A program made the translations under genes and the position numbers. Shown piece after piece: positions 8,989 through 19,103 of a stretch of DNA of 64,000 nt. This stretch comes from Longimicrobiales bacterium (GTDB taxonomy: Bacteria > Gemmatimonadota > Gemmatimonadetes > Longimicrobiales > Gaopeijiaceae): NCBI GenBank assembly GCA_965204735.1, contig OZ242008.1, forward strand, positions 1,696,001 through 1,760,000, given 5' to 3'. Position 1 is the stretch's first letter. Each line of letters starts with the position of its first letter. The notes under the pieces were generated by a model. It saw nothing but the letters and a program-made list of their open reading frames with translations. It did not search any database and was not told the origin of the DNA.

Positions 8989-10686
8989 ATGGACCTGATC
9001 ACCCGCCTCACCGACTTTCTGTCCGCCTACGTAGTCGAGCTCGGGATACCCGTCGGGAGCGAGAACGTCCCGCTGATGGTCATCCTGCTGCTGGGGATTG
9101 GCCTCTACCTGACCCTTCGCCTGGGCTTCGTCCAGCTCAAGCGCCTGGGTCACGGCATCGCGGTCGCGTCGGGAAGGTACGACGACCCGGAGGACGAAGG
9201 GGACGTCACCCACTTCCAGGCCCTCACGACCGCCCTGTCGGCCACCGTCGGCATCGGCAACATCGCCGGCGTCGCCATCGCCATCCACTGGGGAGGTCCC
9301 GGCGCGCTCTTCTGGATGTGGGTCACGGCGGCGCTGGGCATGGCGATCAAGTACTCGGAAGTGACCCTCGCCCAGAAGTACCGCGTCTCCGAAGGCGAGG
9401 GCGGGCGGGCCGGGACGGTCTCCGGCGGCCCCATGTACTACATCGAACGCGGCCTGGGACCGAAGTGGAAGTGGATGGCCGTCTCCTTCGCCATCGTCCT
9501 GGGGCTCACCGCCTTTGCGACGGGCAACGGGGTCCAGGCCAACACCGTGGCGGACAGCCTCCTCACCGAGTTCGGCATCCCCAAGTGGGTCAGCGGATTG
9601 GCGACCTCGGCCCTGGTGGCCGCCGTCATCCTGGGCGGCATCACCCGCATCGGCCGGGTCACTTCGATCCTGGCCCCCATGATGGCGATCGTGTACGTCA
9701 TGGGCGCCCTCTGCGTGCTGATCATGAACATGGGCGAAGTGGTTCCCACGTTCGCGCTGATCTTCCGCGAAGCCTTCAACCCGACCGCGGGGGTCGCCGG
9801 CACCGGCGTCGGCGCCTTCCTCGTGACCCTCATGTGGGGGGTCCGCCGGGGGCTCTTCTCCAACGAGGCGGGGCAGGGGTCCGCGCCGATTGCCCACTCC
9901 GCGGCCAAGACCGACCAGCCCGTCTCCGAAGGCGTCGTGGCGCTCCTGGAGCCCCTCATCGACACGCTGATCATCTGCACCATGACGGGCCTGCTGGTGA
10001 TCATGACCGGCGTGTGGCACCAGCGCTTCCCGACCGAGATCACCATGAGCGGCGGAGACTTGTCCTACCGCTCGGTGCAGGTGGACGGCAGCTACCTGGA
10101 CATATCCTCCGACGCCGAGATCAGGATCGAGGACGGCGCCCACGTCGCCACCGGCCCCACCGACCCGCGGGTGTCCTGGCACGAGGTCCCGGTGGAGCGG
10201 CTCTTCGTGGACGAGGACCAGACCCAGCCGTTCACGGGCGCGATCGACCCGGCCGAAGGGGTCGCAAGGAGCGACGACGGCCAGAGCTACGCTTCCCTCT
10301 ACGGCATGGCTTCGGAGAGCGGGGCGCCCCTGACGATGAAGGCGTTCCAGATCGGCCTCTCGCCGATCGGCGACTGGGGCCACTACATCGTGGTGATCTC
10401 GGTGCTGCTCTTCGCGATCTCGACGGCGATCTCGTGGAGCTACTACGGCGACCGCTGCGCCAACTACCTCTTCGGCGCCAAGGCGATCGTGCCCTACAAG
10501 GTCGCCTTCGTGATCTTCCACTTCGTGGGCGCGATCCTCTCGCTTGGCGTCATCTGGTCCCTGGGCGACGCGTTGCTGGCCATCGTGATCTGGCCCAACC
10601 TGATCGCGTTGGCGCTCCTGGCGCCGCAAGTGGTGGAGATGACCCAGCGCTACTTCGAGCAGAAGCCCTGGATGGGCGGCGAGTAG
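8989..10686 (+). CDS. Sodium:alanine/glycine symporter (AgcS/AlsT family)
   Basis: FQALTTALSATVGIGNIAGVA, GGPGALFWMW, GGPMYY, RGLFSNEAGQGSAP, SWSYYG. Confidence 0.95.
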   Translation: MDLITRLTDFLSAYVVELGIPVGSENVPLMVILLLGIGLYLTLRLGFVQLKRLGHGIAVASGRYDDPEDEGDVTHFQALTTALSATVGIGNIAGVAIAIHWGGPGALFWMWVTAALGMAIKYSEVTLAQKYRVSEGEGGRAGTVSGGPMYYIERGLGPKWKWMAVSFAIVLGLTAFATGNGVQANTVADSLLTEFGIPKWVSGLATSALVAAVILGGITRIGRVTSILAPMMAIVYVMGALCVLIMNMGEVVPTFALIFREAFNPTAGVAGTGVGAFLVTLMWGVRRGLFSNEAGQGSAPIAHSAAKTDQPVSEGVVALLEPLIDTLIICTMTGLLVIMTGVWHQRFPTEITMSGGDLSYRSVQVDGSYLDISSDAEIRIEDGAHVATGPTDPRVSWHEVPVERLFVDEDQTQPFTGAIDPAEGVARSDDGQSYASLYGMASESGAPLTMKAFQIGLSPIGDWGHYIVVISVLLFAISTAISWSYYGDRCANYLFGAKAIVPYKVAFVIFHFVGAILSLGVIWSLGDALLAIVIWPNLIALALLAPQVVEMTQRYFEQKPWMGGE

Positions 10687-10822
10687 GGCGGCCCGACGGC
10701 CTCCGACTGCTCTCGGCCCCGCCGGCGTGGGCGGCCGGCCTCTGGTTGCGGGAGGCGTCTCTTCCCGCTTATGCCCGGCGCCGCCGGCGTGGGCGGGCCG
10801 GCCCATCGCGGCCGGCGCGCCC

Positions 10823-12160
10823 TCAGCCCGCCTCCGGGTCCAGCGCCCGGGCCGGGCGGAGGGCCTGTCGCCCGAAGCGCTCGTTCACCCTGTCCACTGC
10901 ACGGGCGATCGTCCGGTCGCGCTCGGTCTCGACGATCCGCGGGGACCCTGAGCCGCCGTCGCGCGCCCCCCGTGCTCCAAGGGTTCCCGCCCCGTCGGCC
11001 GCCGCCGCCGTCGATGCGTCCTCGAAGAGTTCCGCCTGAACCGCCCACTGGCGCACCAAGTTGGAGACGCCGACGCCCAGGAGCCGGGCCCCGGTCCGCC
11101 GTCGCCGCCGGAGCTCGCCCAGCAGGGAGGAGGCGACCGCGAAGAGCGCCCGGTCCGTCTCGAGTCCCTCCGGCTGCGTGCTGCCGGCCTGGCGCGTCTT
11201 GAAGTCGTGGTCGCGGATCTTCACGGTGACGGTGCGGGCCCGCAGCTCCTTGGCGCGCAAGTGGCCGCCCACGGAGCAGCACAGCTTTAGGAGCCGGCGC
11301 TCCAGCTCCTCGTCGTCTCCCAAGTCCTCAAAGAAGGTGCGCTCGGAGCTGATCGACTTGCGGCGCTCCCGCGCGTCCACCTCGCTGGGGTCGATCCCTC
11401 GCACCCGCTCCCACAGCCACGGCCCCCGGGACGGTCCGAACCAGCGGGTCAGCCACTCCCGCTCCACCGCCGCCGTCTCCGCCACGGTGCGGAGCCCCTT
11501 CCGCTCCAGCTGGGCAAGGAACGCCGGGCCGACCCCGGGCAGCTCCTTCAGCCGCAGTCGCCTCATGAAGGCCGCTTCCTCCCCCGGCGGGACCACGTGC
11601 ACCCCGTCGGGCTTGGCGGCCCGAGTCGCCACCTTCGCCACCACCCGCTGGGAGCCGCCGCCCAGCGACACCGCGATCCCGGTCCGTTCCCGCACCGTCC
11701 GCCTGATCCGGTCGGCGGTCGCCGCCAGGTCCTCGCCCTTCAGCATCCGATCCGTGCCCGTCATGTCCAGGTAGAACTCGTCGATGGAGGCGGCCTGCAC
11801 GACGGGCGCCAGCTCCCCCAGGACCTTCCGCACGGCACGGCTCCGCTCCACGCAGGCTTCTCGGGGCACGGGCACGACGACCGCCTCCGGGCACAGCGCC
11901 CGCGCCCGGGCGGTCGGCATACCGGACCGCACGCCATACTCCCGAGCGGCGTAGGAAGCGGAGGTGATCACGCCCCGGGCGCTTCGTCCGCCCACCAGCA
12001 GGAGGGGGCGCCGTCCCGCGCCCTCGGGGTCCTCCAAGCGGGCCACTTGGACGAAGAACATGTCGCAGTCCACGAGGAGGATCCTCCGACGCGCTTCCAC
12101 GGCGCGTCTTGGAAGCGCCTCGGGGGCTTGCGAAGCCCGTCCGCGATTCGACAACTTCAT
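10823..12160 (-). CDS. dinB: DNA polymerase IV (Y family)
   Basis: [44 protein letters not shown], and a clamp-binding-like QAELF motif. Confidence 0.93.
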   Translation of the reverse strand: MKLSNRGRASQAPEALPRRAVEARRRILLVDCDMFFVQVARLEDPEGAGRRPLLLVGGRSARGVITSASYAAREYGVRSGMPTARARALCPEAVVVPVPREACVERSRAVRKVLGELAPVVQAASIDEFYLDMTGTDRMLKGEDLAATADRIRRTVRERTGIAVSLGGGSQRVVAKVATRAAKPDGVHVVPPGEEAAFMRRLRLKELPGVGPAFLAQLERKGLRTVAETAAVEREWLTRWFGPSRGPWLWERVRGIDPSEVDARERRKSISSERTFFEDLGDDEELERRLLKLCCSVGGHLRAKELRARTVTVKIRDHDFKTRQAGSTQPEGLETDRALFAVASSLLGELRRRRRTGARLLGVGVSNLVRQWAVQAELFEDASTAAAADGAGTLGARGARDGGSGSPRIVETERDRTIARAVDRVNERFGRQALRPARALDPEAG

Positions 12161-12242
12161 GGGCCGTCGCCCCGTCGGAGGGCCGTCGCTCTCGTCGCAG
12201 CCGTCGCGCTCATCTCATACAACCTACGCAGGAGGACGACGC

Positions 12243-12863
<621 letters not shown>

Positions 12864-12896
12864 CGCCACTGGGCGCCCCTAGCCGCCCTCGCGCCA

Positions 12897-13544
12897 ATGC
12901 TTTCCGACTTCGCCTTCGGGGCGATCGCCTTCACCTCGTTGCTCGTGGTGTACAACCCCATCAGCGCGATTCCGATCTTCGTCGCGCTGACGATGGAGGA
13001 CACCCGCCACGAGCGCTTCCACACCGCCCTCTGGGGGGTCGTGACGTCGATCGTGGTGCTGGTGGTCTTCGCACTGGCGGGCACGTGGGTGCTCAGGTTC
13101 TTCAGCATCACCACGGAGGCGCTCCAGATCACCGCGGGGCTGATCTTCTTCGGGATGGGCTCCGACATGCTCCAGGCCAAGCGTGCCCGCACCAAGACCA
13201 CCCGGCAGGAACAAGACGAAGCCGCGACCCGGAAGACGCTGGCCGTGATTCCCCTGGGGCTGCCCACCCTCACGGGCCCCGGCGCCATCGTGACCGTGAT
13301 CGCCCTGGAGGGGCAGGCGGCGAACGCCTTTCAGGCCGTGTCCGTGTACGTGGCCTGCGTCTTGGTGGGGGTCGTCGCGCTGCCGACCCTGGTGCTGGCC
13401 CACCGACTGCTGGAGACGCTGGGCCGGACGGGCCTCAACGTGGTCACCCGGATCATGGGACTCGTGATCATGGCGGTGGGCGTTCAGTTCGTCATCAACG
13501 CCCTGGACGCCATCGCCAGGTCCTGGGGATGGGGCGGCTCGTGA
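12897..13544 (+). CDS. MarC family integral membrane protein
   Basis: NPISAIPIF, VIPLGLPTLTGPGAI, TRIMGL; about six TM segments. Confidence 0.92.
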   Translation: MLSDFAFGAIAFTSLLVVYNPISAIPIFVALTMEDTRHERFHTALWGVVTSIVVLVVFALAGTWVLRFFSITTEALQITAGLIFFGMGSDMLQAKRARTKTTRQEQDEAATRKTLAVIPLGLPTLTGPGAIVTVIALEGQAANAFQAVSVYVACVLVGVVALPTLVLAHRLLETLGRTGLNVVTRIMGLVIMAVGVQFVINALDAIARSWGWGGS

Positions 13545-13612
13545 CCGGACGCGCCGAGCAGCCATGACCGAAGCCGCCGCTGGAGCGCGCTCGCTTGCAG
13601 GCGCCGGTCGAA

Positions 13613-13694
13613 CCCGTTGCAAGAGAACGAAAGCTCAACGAACTGGCCCACGCGAAGTTTGGCAAAGCCGGGCCCCGTTGCAAGAGGACGAAAG
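13613..13694 (+). repeat. 21-bp direct repeat (1 mismatch) upstream of a promoter; candidate transcription-factor sites
   Basis: cccgttgcaagag(a/g)acgaaag at 13613 and 13674. Confidence 0.7.
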
Positions 13695-13696
13695 GC

Positions 13697-13725
13697 TTGC
13701 ATTGCGACCGGACGAAACATATGTT
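13697..13725 (+). promoter_or_regulatory. Sigma70-like promoter for the LysM gene
   Basis: TTGCAT-17 bp-TATGTT in an AT-richer intergenic patch. Confidence 0.6.
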
Positions 13726-13751
13726 TAGAGAGCGTCCACGTCGTTCACCTC

Positions 13752-13799
13752 TAAGGGAAGCAGACGCGGGTCCGGTAAGGGAAGCAGACGCGGGTCCGG
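13752..13799 (+). repeat. Perfect 24-bp tandem duplication in the putative 5' leader
   Basis: taagggaagcagacgcgggtccgg x2. Confidence 0.9.
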
Positions 13800-13830
13800 G
13801 GCTCCGGGCCTCCTAGGAAGGGAGCGGAAA

Positions 13831-14619
13831 ATGATGCGGAGCGGGCTTCGGATCGTGGTGCTGTCGGCGGGACTCGTGGTTGCGTCGGCGCCGTTCGCCG
13901 CCGAGGCGCAGAGCCTGCGGGGCAGCCGGGCGTCGATGGACGCGCAGAACCGCCAGGCCGACCTTCACGACTTCACCCGGATCGAAACGCCCGCCCAAGT
14001 CGACCGGTTCGTGAAGCTCGGACTCCTGGTCCCCCTTCACGGCGATCGGAACTACCGCCTGCACAACGTGTCCTTTCCCTACGCGCGGCCGGCCGTGCGG
14101 CTGTTCGTCGAAAGGCTGTCGAGGCAGTACCGTAGCGCGTGCGGCGAGGAACTGGTGGTGACCAGCCTGACCCGTCCCAACAAGTGGAAGTATCGTCCCC
14201 GCAACATGTCCGACCGCTCGGTCCATCCAACGGGCATGGTGGTGGATCTTCGCAGAAGCCACTCGCCCGCCTGTCGCCGCTGGCTCGAGCGCGTGCTCCT
14301 GGACCTGGAGAGGAAGGGGGTCGTGGAAGCGACTCGGGAGCGTCGGCCGCCCCACTACCACATAGCAGTGTACTCCCGCCCGTACGAGCAGTACGTGAAG
14401 ACGCTGGAGGTCAGGAACGCGGCCGCCCAGCTCCGCGTGGCCGATGCCGGGCAGACGGTCAAGCGGTATCGGGTCCGAGCAGGCGACTCCCTTTGGACGA
14501 TCGCCCGGGCCCACAACACGACCGTGGCGACGCTCCGGTCGGCCAACGACCTTCGAGGCACCCGCATCTACCCGGGCGAGTTCCTGGAGGTGCCGATCTC
14601 CTCCGGCTCGCCTCGGTAG
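13831..14619 (+). CDS. Secreted DUF5715-like domain + C-terminal LysM protein
   Basis: Signal peptide (AEA-QS), HPTGMVVDL and PHYHI motifs, LysM YRVRAGDSLWTIARAHNTTVATLRSAN. Confidence 0.8.
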   Translation: MMRSGLRIVVLSAGLVVASAPFAAEAQSLRGSRASMDAQNRQADLHDFTRIETPAQVDRFVKLGLLVPLHGDRNYRLHNVSFPYARPAVRLFVERLSRQYRSACGEELVVTSLTRPNKWKYRPRNMSDRSVHPTGMVVDLRRSHSPACRRWLERVLLDLERKGVVEATRERRPPHYHIAVYSRPYEQYVKTLEVRNAAAQLRVADAGQTVKRYRVRAGDSLWTIARAHNTTVATLRSANDLRGTRIYPGEFLEVPISSGSPR

Positions 14620-14669
14620 CAGCGCTCCAGCCGGGGCAGAGCGGACCGGCGACGGCTGATCGTCCTGCG

Positions 14670-15623
14670 TTGAACCCTCCCCTGGGGCCTTCGATCGTAG
14701 AGCCCCCGGGCGCAGCGCATTCGTGCGCGGGTTCGGCCCATGGAAGCTCCGAGGACGCAACGCGCCCGACCGTGTCCGTCGTCGTCGCCGCCTACAACGA
14801 GGTCGCCACGGCGGAGCGGTTGCTGAGGCGCGTGGCCGCAGTCCCGATGACCAAGGAAGTGATCGTGGTGGACGACGGCTCCACCGACGGAACCAGGAGC
14901 TTGCTGCGACGCCTCGAACGAGAGGGCCTGGTGGACCGTCTGCTCGTCCACGACAGGAACCGGGGGAAGGGCGCGGCGCTGCGAACGGGCTTCGCCTGCG
15001 CCACCGGGGACGTGGTCGTCGTGCAGGACGCCGACCTGGAGTACGATCCGGCCGAGATCCCCGCGCTCGTCGGTCCCATAGCATCCGGCAAGGCCGACGC
15101 GGTGTACGGGTCGCGCTTCCTCGGCGGCCCCCACCGGGTGCTCTACTTCTGGCACATGGTGGGGAACAGGCTCCTGACGCTCCTCAGCAACGTGTTCACC
15201 GACCTGAACCTCACGGACATGGAGACCTGCTCCAAGGCCGTCCGCACCGACCTCCTTCGCTCGCTGCCGCTCCGGGCCGACAGGTTCGGAATCGAGCCCG
15301 AGATCACCGCCCGCCTTGCCCAGGCCCGGGCCCGCATCTGGGAGATCCCGATCAGCTACGCGGGGCGGACCTACGACGAAGGCAAGAAGATCGGATGGAA
15401 GGACGGCGTCGCCGCGGTCTGGCACGTCGTGCGCTTCAACACCGTGGGGCCGAAGGCGCGGCCGTGGGGCGGCGGAGAGGCGCGATGGCTCCAGGGACGA
15501 GTTGGGGACCGGCAGGGAGACGGGCCGACGCGAGTCGGCGGGCCAGCGGGGGCCGGCGGGGCGGCCGACCAGGACGCGCTCGCGGACCAAGCCGCGCCGG
15601 CTGACCCCAACCCAAGCGGCTGA
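14670..15623 (+). CDS. Glycosyltransferase family 2 (DPM1-like); start uncertain (TTG 14670 or GTG 14772)
   Basis: SVVVAAYNE, VVDDGSTDGT, NRGKGAA, QDADLEYDP, TDMETC, FGIEPEIT. Confidence 0.9.
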   Translation: MNPPLGPSIVEPPGAAHSCAGSAHGSSEDATRPTVSVVVAAYNEVATAERLLRRVAAVPMTKEVIVVDDGSTDGTRSLLRRLEREGLVDRLLVHDRNRGKGAALRTGFACATGDVVVVQDADLEYDPAEIPALVGPIASGKADAVYGSRFLGGPHRVLYFWHMVGNRLLTLLSNVFTDLNLTDMETCSKAVRTDLLRSLPLRADRFGIEPEITARLAQARARIWEIPISYAGRTYDEGKKIGWKDGVAAVWHVVRFNTVGPKARPWGGGEARWLQGRVGDRQGDGPTRVGGPAGAGGAADQDALADQAAPADPNPSG

Positions 15624-15760
15624 CCTTCGGGCCCAAGCGGCTGACCCCAACCCAAGCGGCTGACCTTCGGGCCCAAGCGGCTGACCCCAACCCAAGCGGC
15701 CGGCCTTCGGGCCCAAGCGGCCGACCCCAATCCCAAGCGGCTGATTTCGGACCTTCGGGC
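15599..15760 (+). repeat. 40-bp higher-order tandem repeat (~4 copies; 19+21-bp subunits)
   Basis: ctgaccccaacccaagcggctgaccttcgggcccaagcgg at 15601 and 15641, a variant at 15681 and a degenerate copy at 15721. Confidence 0.92.
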
Positions 15761-15785
15761 ACGCCCGAAGCGGGACGACCTGTCG

Positions 15786-15813
15786 GAAAAAAAAATTAGT
15801 CCCATTCAGCCAT
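15786..15813 (+). promoter_or_regulatory. A-tract + TTAGTCCCA motif upstream of the pilin operon
   Basis: G-A9-TTAGTCCCA..GCCAT; matches the copy at 5312. Confidence 0.5.
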
Positions 15814-15962
15814 CCCAATGTCCCAACAAGGGTGAGATACTGTCTGTGTCGCGTCGCGGAGTCCCCGGCCCGCGGCCTTCGGGAGCAGCCGTCGGCAGGG
15901 CTTCCCCGGTCGTGAAGCTCGTGGAGCCGACATCATCCATCTCATCACATGGGAGGTACCAA

Positions 15963-16361
15963 GTGGATTACAGACAAGGATTTACGCTCATCGAACTCAT
16001 GATCGTCCTGGTGATCGTAGGCGTCCTCACGGCGATCGCGGTGCCCCAGTTCTCGAGTGCCCGCGAGCGCGCCTACTACGCCGCCGTTCAGTCGGACCTG
16101 AAGAACCTGTCGGTCCAGCAGGAGTTCTACCACGCCGACAACTACGAGTACTCCGCCTCCCTCGCGGACCTGAACTTCGTCGCTTCGGAAGGGGTGACGG
16201 TGACGCCCACGGCCACGGAGACGGGCTGGTCCGCCACGGCCACCCACGAGGCGCTCGCGGACGACGAAGGCTGCGTGATGTACTCCGGCGATGTGACCGA
16301 CAAGCCTTCCATGGGCGACCTGACCGCCTCCGACCCGGGAGTCGTCGAGTGCACCGGGTGA
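15963..16361 (+). CDS. Type IV major pilin (PilA-like)
   Basis: GGAGGT RBS then GTG. Short leader MDYRQG|FTLIELMIVLVIVGVL and a C-terminal Cys pair. Confidence 0.9.
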   Translation: MDYRQGFTLIELMIVLVIVGVLTAIAVPQFSSARERAYYAAVQSDLKNLSVQQEFYHADNYEYSASLADLNFVASEGVTVTPTATETGWSATATHEALADDEGCVMYSGDVTDKPSMGDLTASDPGVVECTG

Positions 16362-16960
16362 TCCGCGCGCTAGGGCCGCCACCGGCGCGTGCTCGAAGGA
16401 CCCCGGCCAGTCGTCGGGTGACCCGCGCGCTAGGGCCGCTGCCGGGCCCAGGCCGATCGGTGCCGGCTCCTCGCCGACCCGAGTCGAGCCTGCCGCGACC
16501 TGCCGCGGCCTCGAGCCTGCCGCGACCCGTCGCGGCCCCTGGGTTCTCGCTGGTGGAGCTCTTGATGGCGCTGGCCTGCGTCGCTGTCCTGACTCCCCCG
16601 TTGCTGGGCTCGGCCGCCAAGCTTCGGGCGGGGTTCCGCCTTCGCCAAGCCCAGGAGGAGGCCGCCCGGCTCTTCGCCCAGGCGCGGTGGACGGCCGTGA
16701 GCGTCGGCGGCGCGGTCGTGGAGCTTGCGGCGGACCCGCCATCGGGGCTGGTGGTGTCGGCGACGGGGGACACGGTGGCGGCCACGCGCTTCGGTGGAAA
16801 GGGCGTGTCCCTTCGCCTCTCCCGAGGCCGGTCCGCGACCCGGCTGCGCTACGGGCCCATGGGCCTGGGAATGGTCTCGAGCCAGACTCTGCGCTTCCGG
16901 GCGGGAGAGAGCGAGCGGTCGGTGGTGGTGTCGTCCCTTGGCCGGGTGAGTAGGCGGTGA
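16358..16960 (+). CDS. Minor pilin (FimT/GspH-like); long repetitive leader, start uncertain
   Basis: G|FSLVELLMALACVAVL; C-terminal VVVSSLGRV. Confidence 0.75.
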   Translation: MIRALGPPPARARRTPASRRVTRALGPLPGPGRSVPAPRRPESSLPRPAAASSLPRPVAAPGFSLVELLMALACVAVLTPPLLGSAAKLRAGFRLRQAQEEAARLFAQARWTAVSVGGAVVELAADPPSGLVVSATGDTVAATRFGGKGVSLRLSRGRSATRLRYGPMGLGMVSSQTLRFRAGESERSVVVSSLGRVSRR

Positions 16961-17316
16961 ACCGGTGCGGCGGCTCCTTCGTGGAGGCGGTGGTGGCCTT
17001 GGCGGTGCTGGGAGTGGGGGTTGCGGCAGTTGCGGGCGTGACGAGCGGGGCGGCGCAGGCGCTGGCTCGAGCCCGGGCGCTCGACGACGCCCACGCCCTG
17101 CTGGACAGCTTCGTCGACTCGGTGGCGGCCGTCCACGGGGCCGGCTCGGGCGGAGGGGCGGACAAGGGGCAGGTCTCCCTGGAGTGGGGCGACCTCTCGT
17201 GGGAAGTTGCTCCGCCCGGGTCGGTCGGGTGGGCAAGGGTGGAGCACCGAGCGCTTCCTTCGCCGGTCGAGGTCGCGTTCGCCTTGCCCGCCGACTCCGG
17301 AAGAACGGTCCCGTGA
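16957..17316 (+). CDS. Minor pilin (PilV-like)
   Basis: Degenerate prepilin site G|GSFVEAVVALAVLGVG; GTGA coupling to the previous gene. Confidence 0.7.
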   Translation: MNRCGGSFVEAVVALAVLGVGVAAVAGVTSGAAQALARARALDDAHALLDSFVDSVAAVHGAGSGGGADKGQVSLEWGDLSWEVAPPGSVGWARVEHRALPSPVEVAFALPADSGRTVP

Positions 17317-18056
17317 ACCGCCAGTCGGGCCGGGGCGTGGCCAGCGGTCCGCGGGGGTCGGGCCAGCGGCGAGCCGGATTCATGCTGGCCGAGGCGGTGG
17401 TGGTCGGCACCCTCCTGCTCCTGGCCGCCCAGGCCGCTTGGTGGACGACGGCGGTGCAGAGCAGGGTGGCGACCGGGGTGGTGGACCGGGCCAGGGCGCT
17501 GGACGAGGCTCGGCTGGTTCGCCACGTGGTGGGATCGGAGGCGAGGAGCGGAAAGGCTGGGCGCGACTGGGAGGTCGCAGGGGGCGAACTGCGCCTGCGC
17601 GCGTTTCGCGGGATCGGCTTCGGCTGCGCCGTCCAGCCGTCGGACGGATGGGGGGTAGCGGCGTGGGGACACCGGAACCCGAACCCCGAGAAGGACTCGG
17701 TCCTGGTGCTGACCGCGGACGGCGCCTGGCAGAGCACGGCGCTGGTTCGCAGGTCGCGGGGCGTTGGGCTCGACTGCGCCGACCTGACGGGGTTCTCGCC
17801 CGAGGTCTGGCACCTGGACCCGGCGCCCTCCGCCCCGGTGGTGGGCGTGTACTTCGAGCGCGGCGCGTACCGCTTCTCCGACGGGGCGCTCCGGTACCGC
17901 CAACGAACTCGATGGCAGCCTCTGACGAGCACCAAGCTGACGGGAGACTCGGCCGCCTTCTCCGGCAGCGGCGACCGGGTAAGCGCCGACCTGGGGACGC
18001 CGAAGCCGAACGCCCCCGCGGTCCAGCGCCGATGGACCGGATGGGGTCGCCGATGA
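17313..18056 (+). CDS. Minor pilin (PilW-like)
   Basis: RRAG|FMLAEAVVVGTLLLL; coupled start. Confidence 0.7.
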   Translation: MNRQSGRGVASGPRGSGQRRAGFMLAEAVVVGTLLLLAAQAAWWTTAVQSRVATGVVDRARALDEARLVRHVVGSEARSGKAGRDWEVAGGELRLRAFRGIGFGCAVQPSDGWGVAAWGHRNPNPEKDSVLVLTADGAWQSTALVRRSRGVGLDCADLTGFSPEVWHLDPAPSAPVVGVYFERGAYRFSDGALRYRQRTRWQPLTSTKLTGDSAAFSGSGDRVSADLGTPKPNAPAVQRRWTGWGRR

Positions 18057-19099
18057 GACGCTGCGTCGTCGACGGTCGGGAGGGCTTTGCCTTGGCCGTG
18101 GTCGTGTTGGCCCTCTTGGTTCTGGCGGGCATCGCCTCCGCGGCCGTGGCCGCGGCGGTGGGGCAAGTTCGCTCCGCCGTCGCGGCGGGGCAGCTCCTGG
18201 CGGCCCGAGCGTCGGCTCGCGCGGGGCTGGAGGCTGCGTTCGCCGCGACGACGGGCCCGAGCGCGGCCTCGGTGGGCGGGGCGGCAGTGGAGCTGGCGTC
18301 GGAAACGTCGGACGACGGGGGTGCGTGGCGGGTGCTGGACCTGCGGATCACGGCCGAGCACCACTTGCTGGTCGGCCAGGCCACGACGGGCCGGGGCGTT
18401 GCGTTCCGCGAGCTTCGGCCGGCGTGGTGGATGGACCCCGAGACGCGGGTGGCGGATCACCGGGCTGTGCTGGAAGGAGCGGAAGCGGTGGTGGCCGCAG
18501 GCGCCCGAACGTCGGCCGACCGCTTGCTGGGAGCGAGGCCCGGAGTCGATGCGTGCGGCGCGAGCAAAGCGCTGGCCGACGCGTTCGCGGGCCGAGTCGT
18601 GCCCACCACGGGGCCGCTTCCTCGCACCGACGAACGGCGGGACCCGCGGAGAACGCCGGGGGACTCGGTGGACGGCGGGGGCCAAGAGGTGGCCATCGGG
18701 CTGCTGCGGGGCGCGATGCTCAGCCGCAGAGCCGGCTCGCGGTTGCCGGTGGGGACCGATTGCCCCGAGTGCTGGAGGGGAGTGGTGGCCGGCGCGGGGA
18801 ACTCGACGGTCACCGGCTCCGGGCGCGGCGTGCTGGTGGTGCAGGGCGACCTCGCGTTCGCGCCGGGGTCGTCCTGGACGGGCCTCGTCGTGGCGTCCGG
18901 GAACGTGGACGTGCAGCGGTCGGCGACGGTCACGGGCCTCGTGCGCGGCGGAGGGAGGGTCGCCGTGGCCGACGGGGCCGTGGTGGACGGCTCGGCCTGC
19001 GCCGCGTTGCGGGCGCTGGAGTCGGCCGGGTCCCTGCTTCGCCCCTTCCCGGTCGCCGGCCTCTCCTGGGCGGCGGCCTTCGCGCCGAGCGGACCGTAG
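18053..19099 (+). CDS. PilX-like minor pilin
   Basis: REG|FALAVVVLALLVL without Glu5 (typical of PilX/GspK); beta-helix-like C-terminus GVLVVQGDL..GLVV. Confidence 0.7.
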   Translation: MRRCVVDGREGFALAVVVLALLVLAGIASAAVAAAVGQVRSAVAAGQLLAARASARAGLEAAFAATTGPSAASVGGAAVELASETSDDGGAWRVLDLRITAEHHLLVGQATTGRGVAFRELRPAWWMDPETRVADHRAVLEGAEAVVAAGARTSADRLLGARPGVDACGASKALADAFAGRVVPTTGPLPRTDERRDPRRTPGDSVDGGGQEVAIGLLRGAMLSRRAGSRLPVGTDCPECWRGVVAGAGNSTVTGSGRGVLVVQGDLAFAPGSSWTGLVVASGNVDVQRSATVTGLVRGGGRVAVADGAVVDGSACAALRALESAGSLLRPFPVAGLSWAAAFAPSGP

Positions 19100-19103
19100 C
19101 GGC

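Noticed and set aside
10719..10822. Terminator or REP-like element between the symporter and dinB
   Set aside because: A 16-bp repeat and a GC hairpin are present, but there is no U-tract and I saw no other copies; too weak to call.
15599..15760. Possible CRISPR array
   Set aside because: The linkers are only 4-6 bp and alternate between two sequences; there are no unique spacers and no cas genes.
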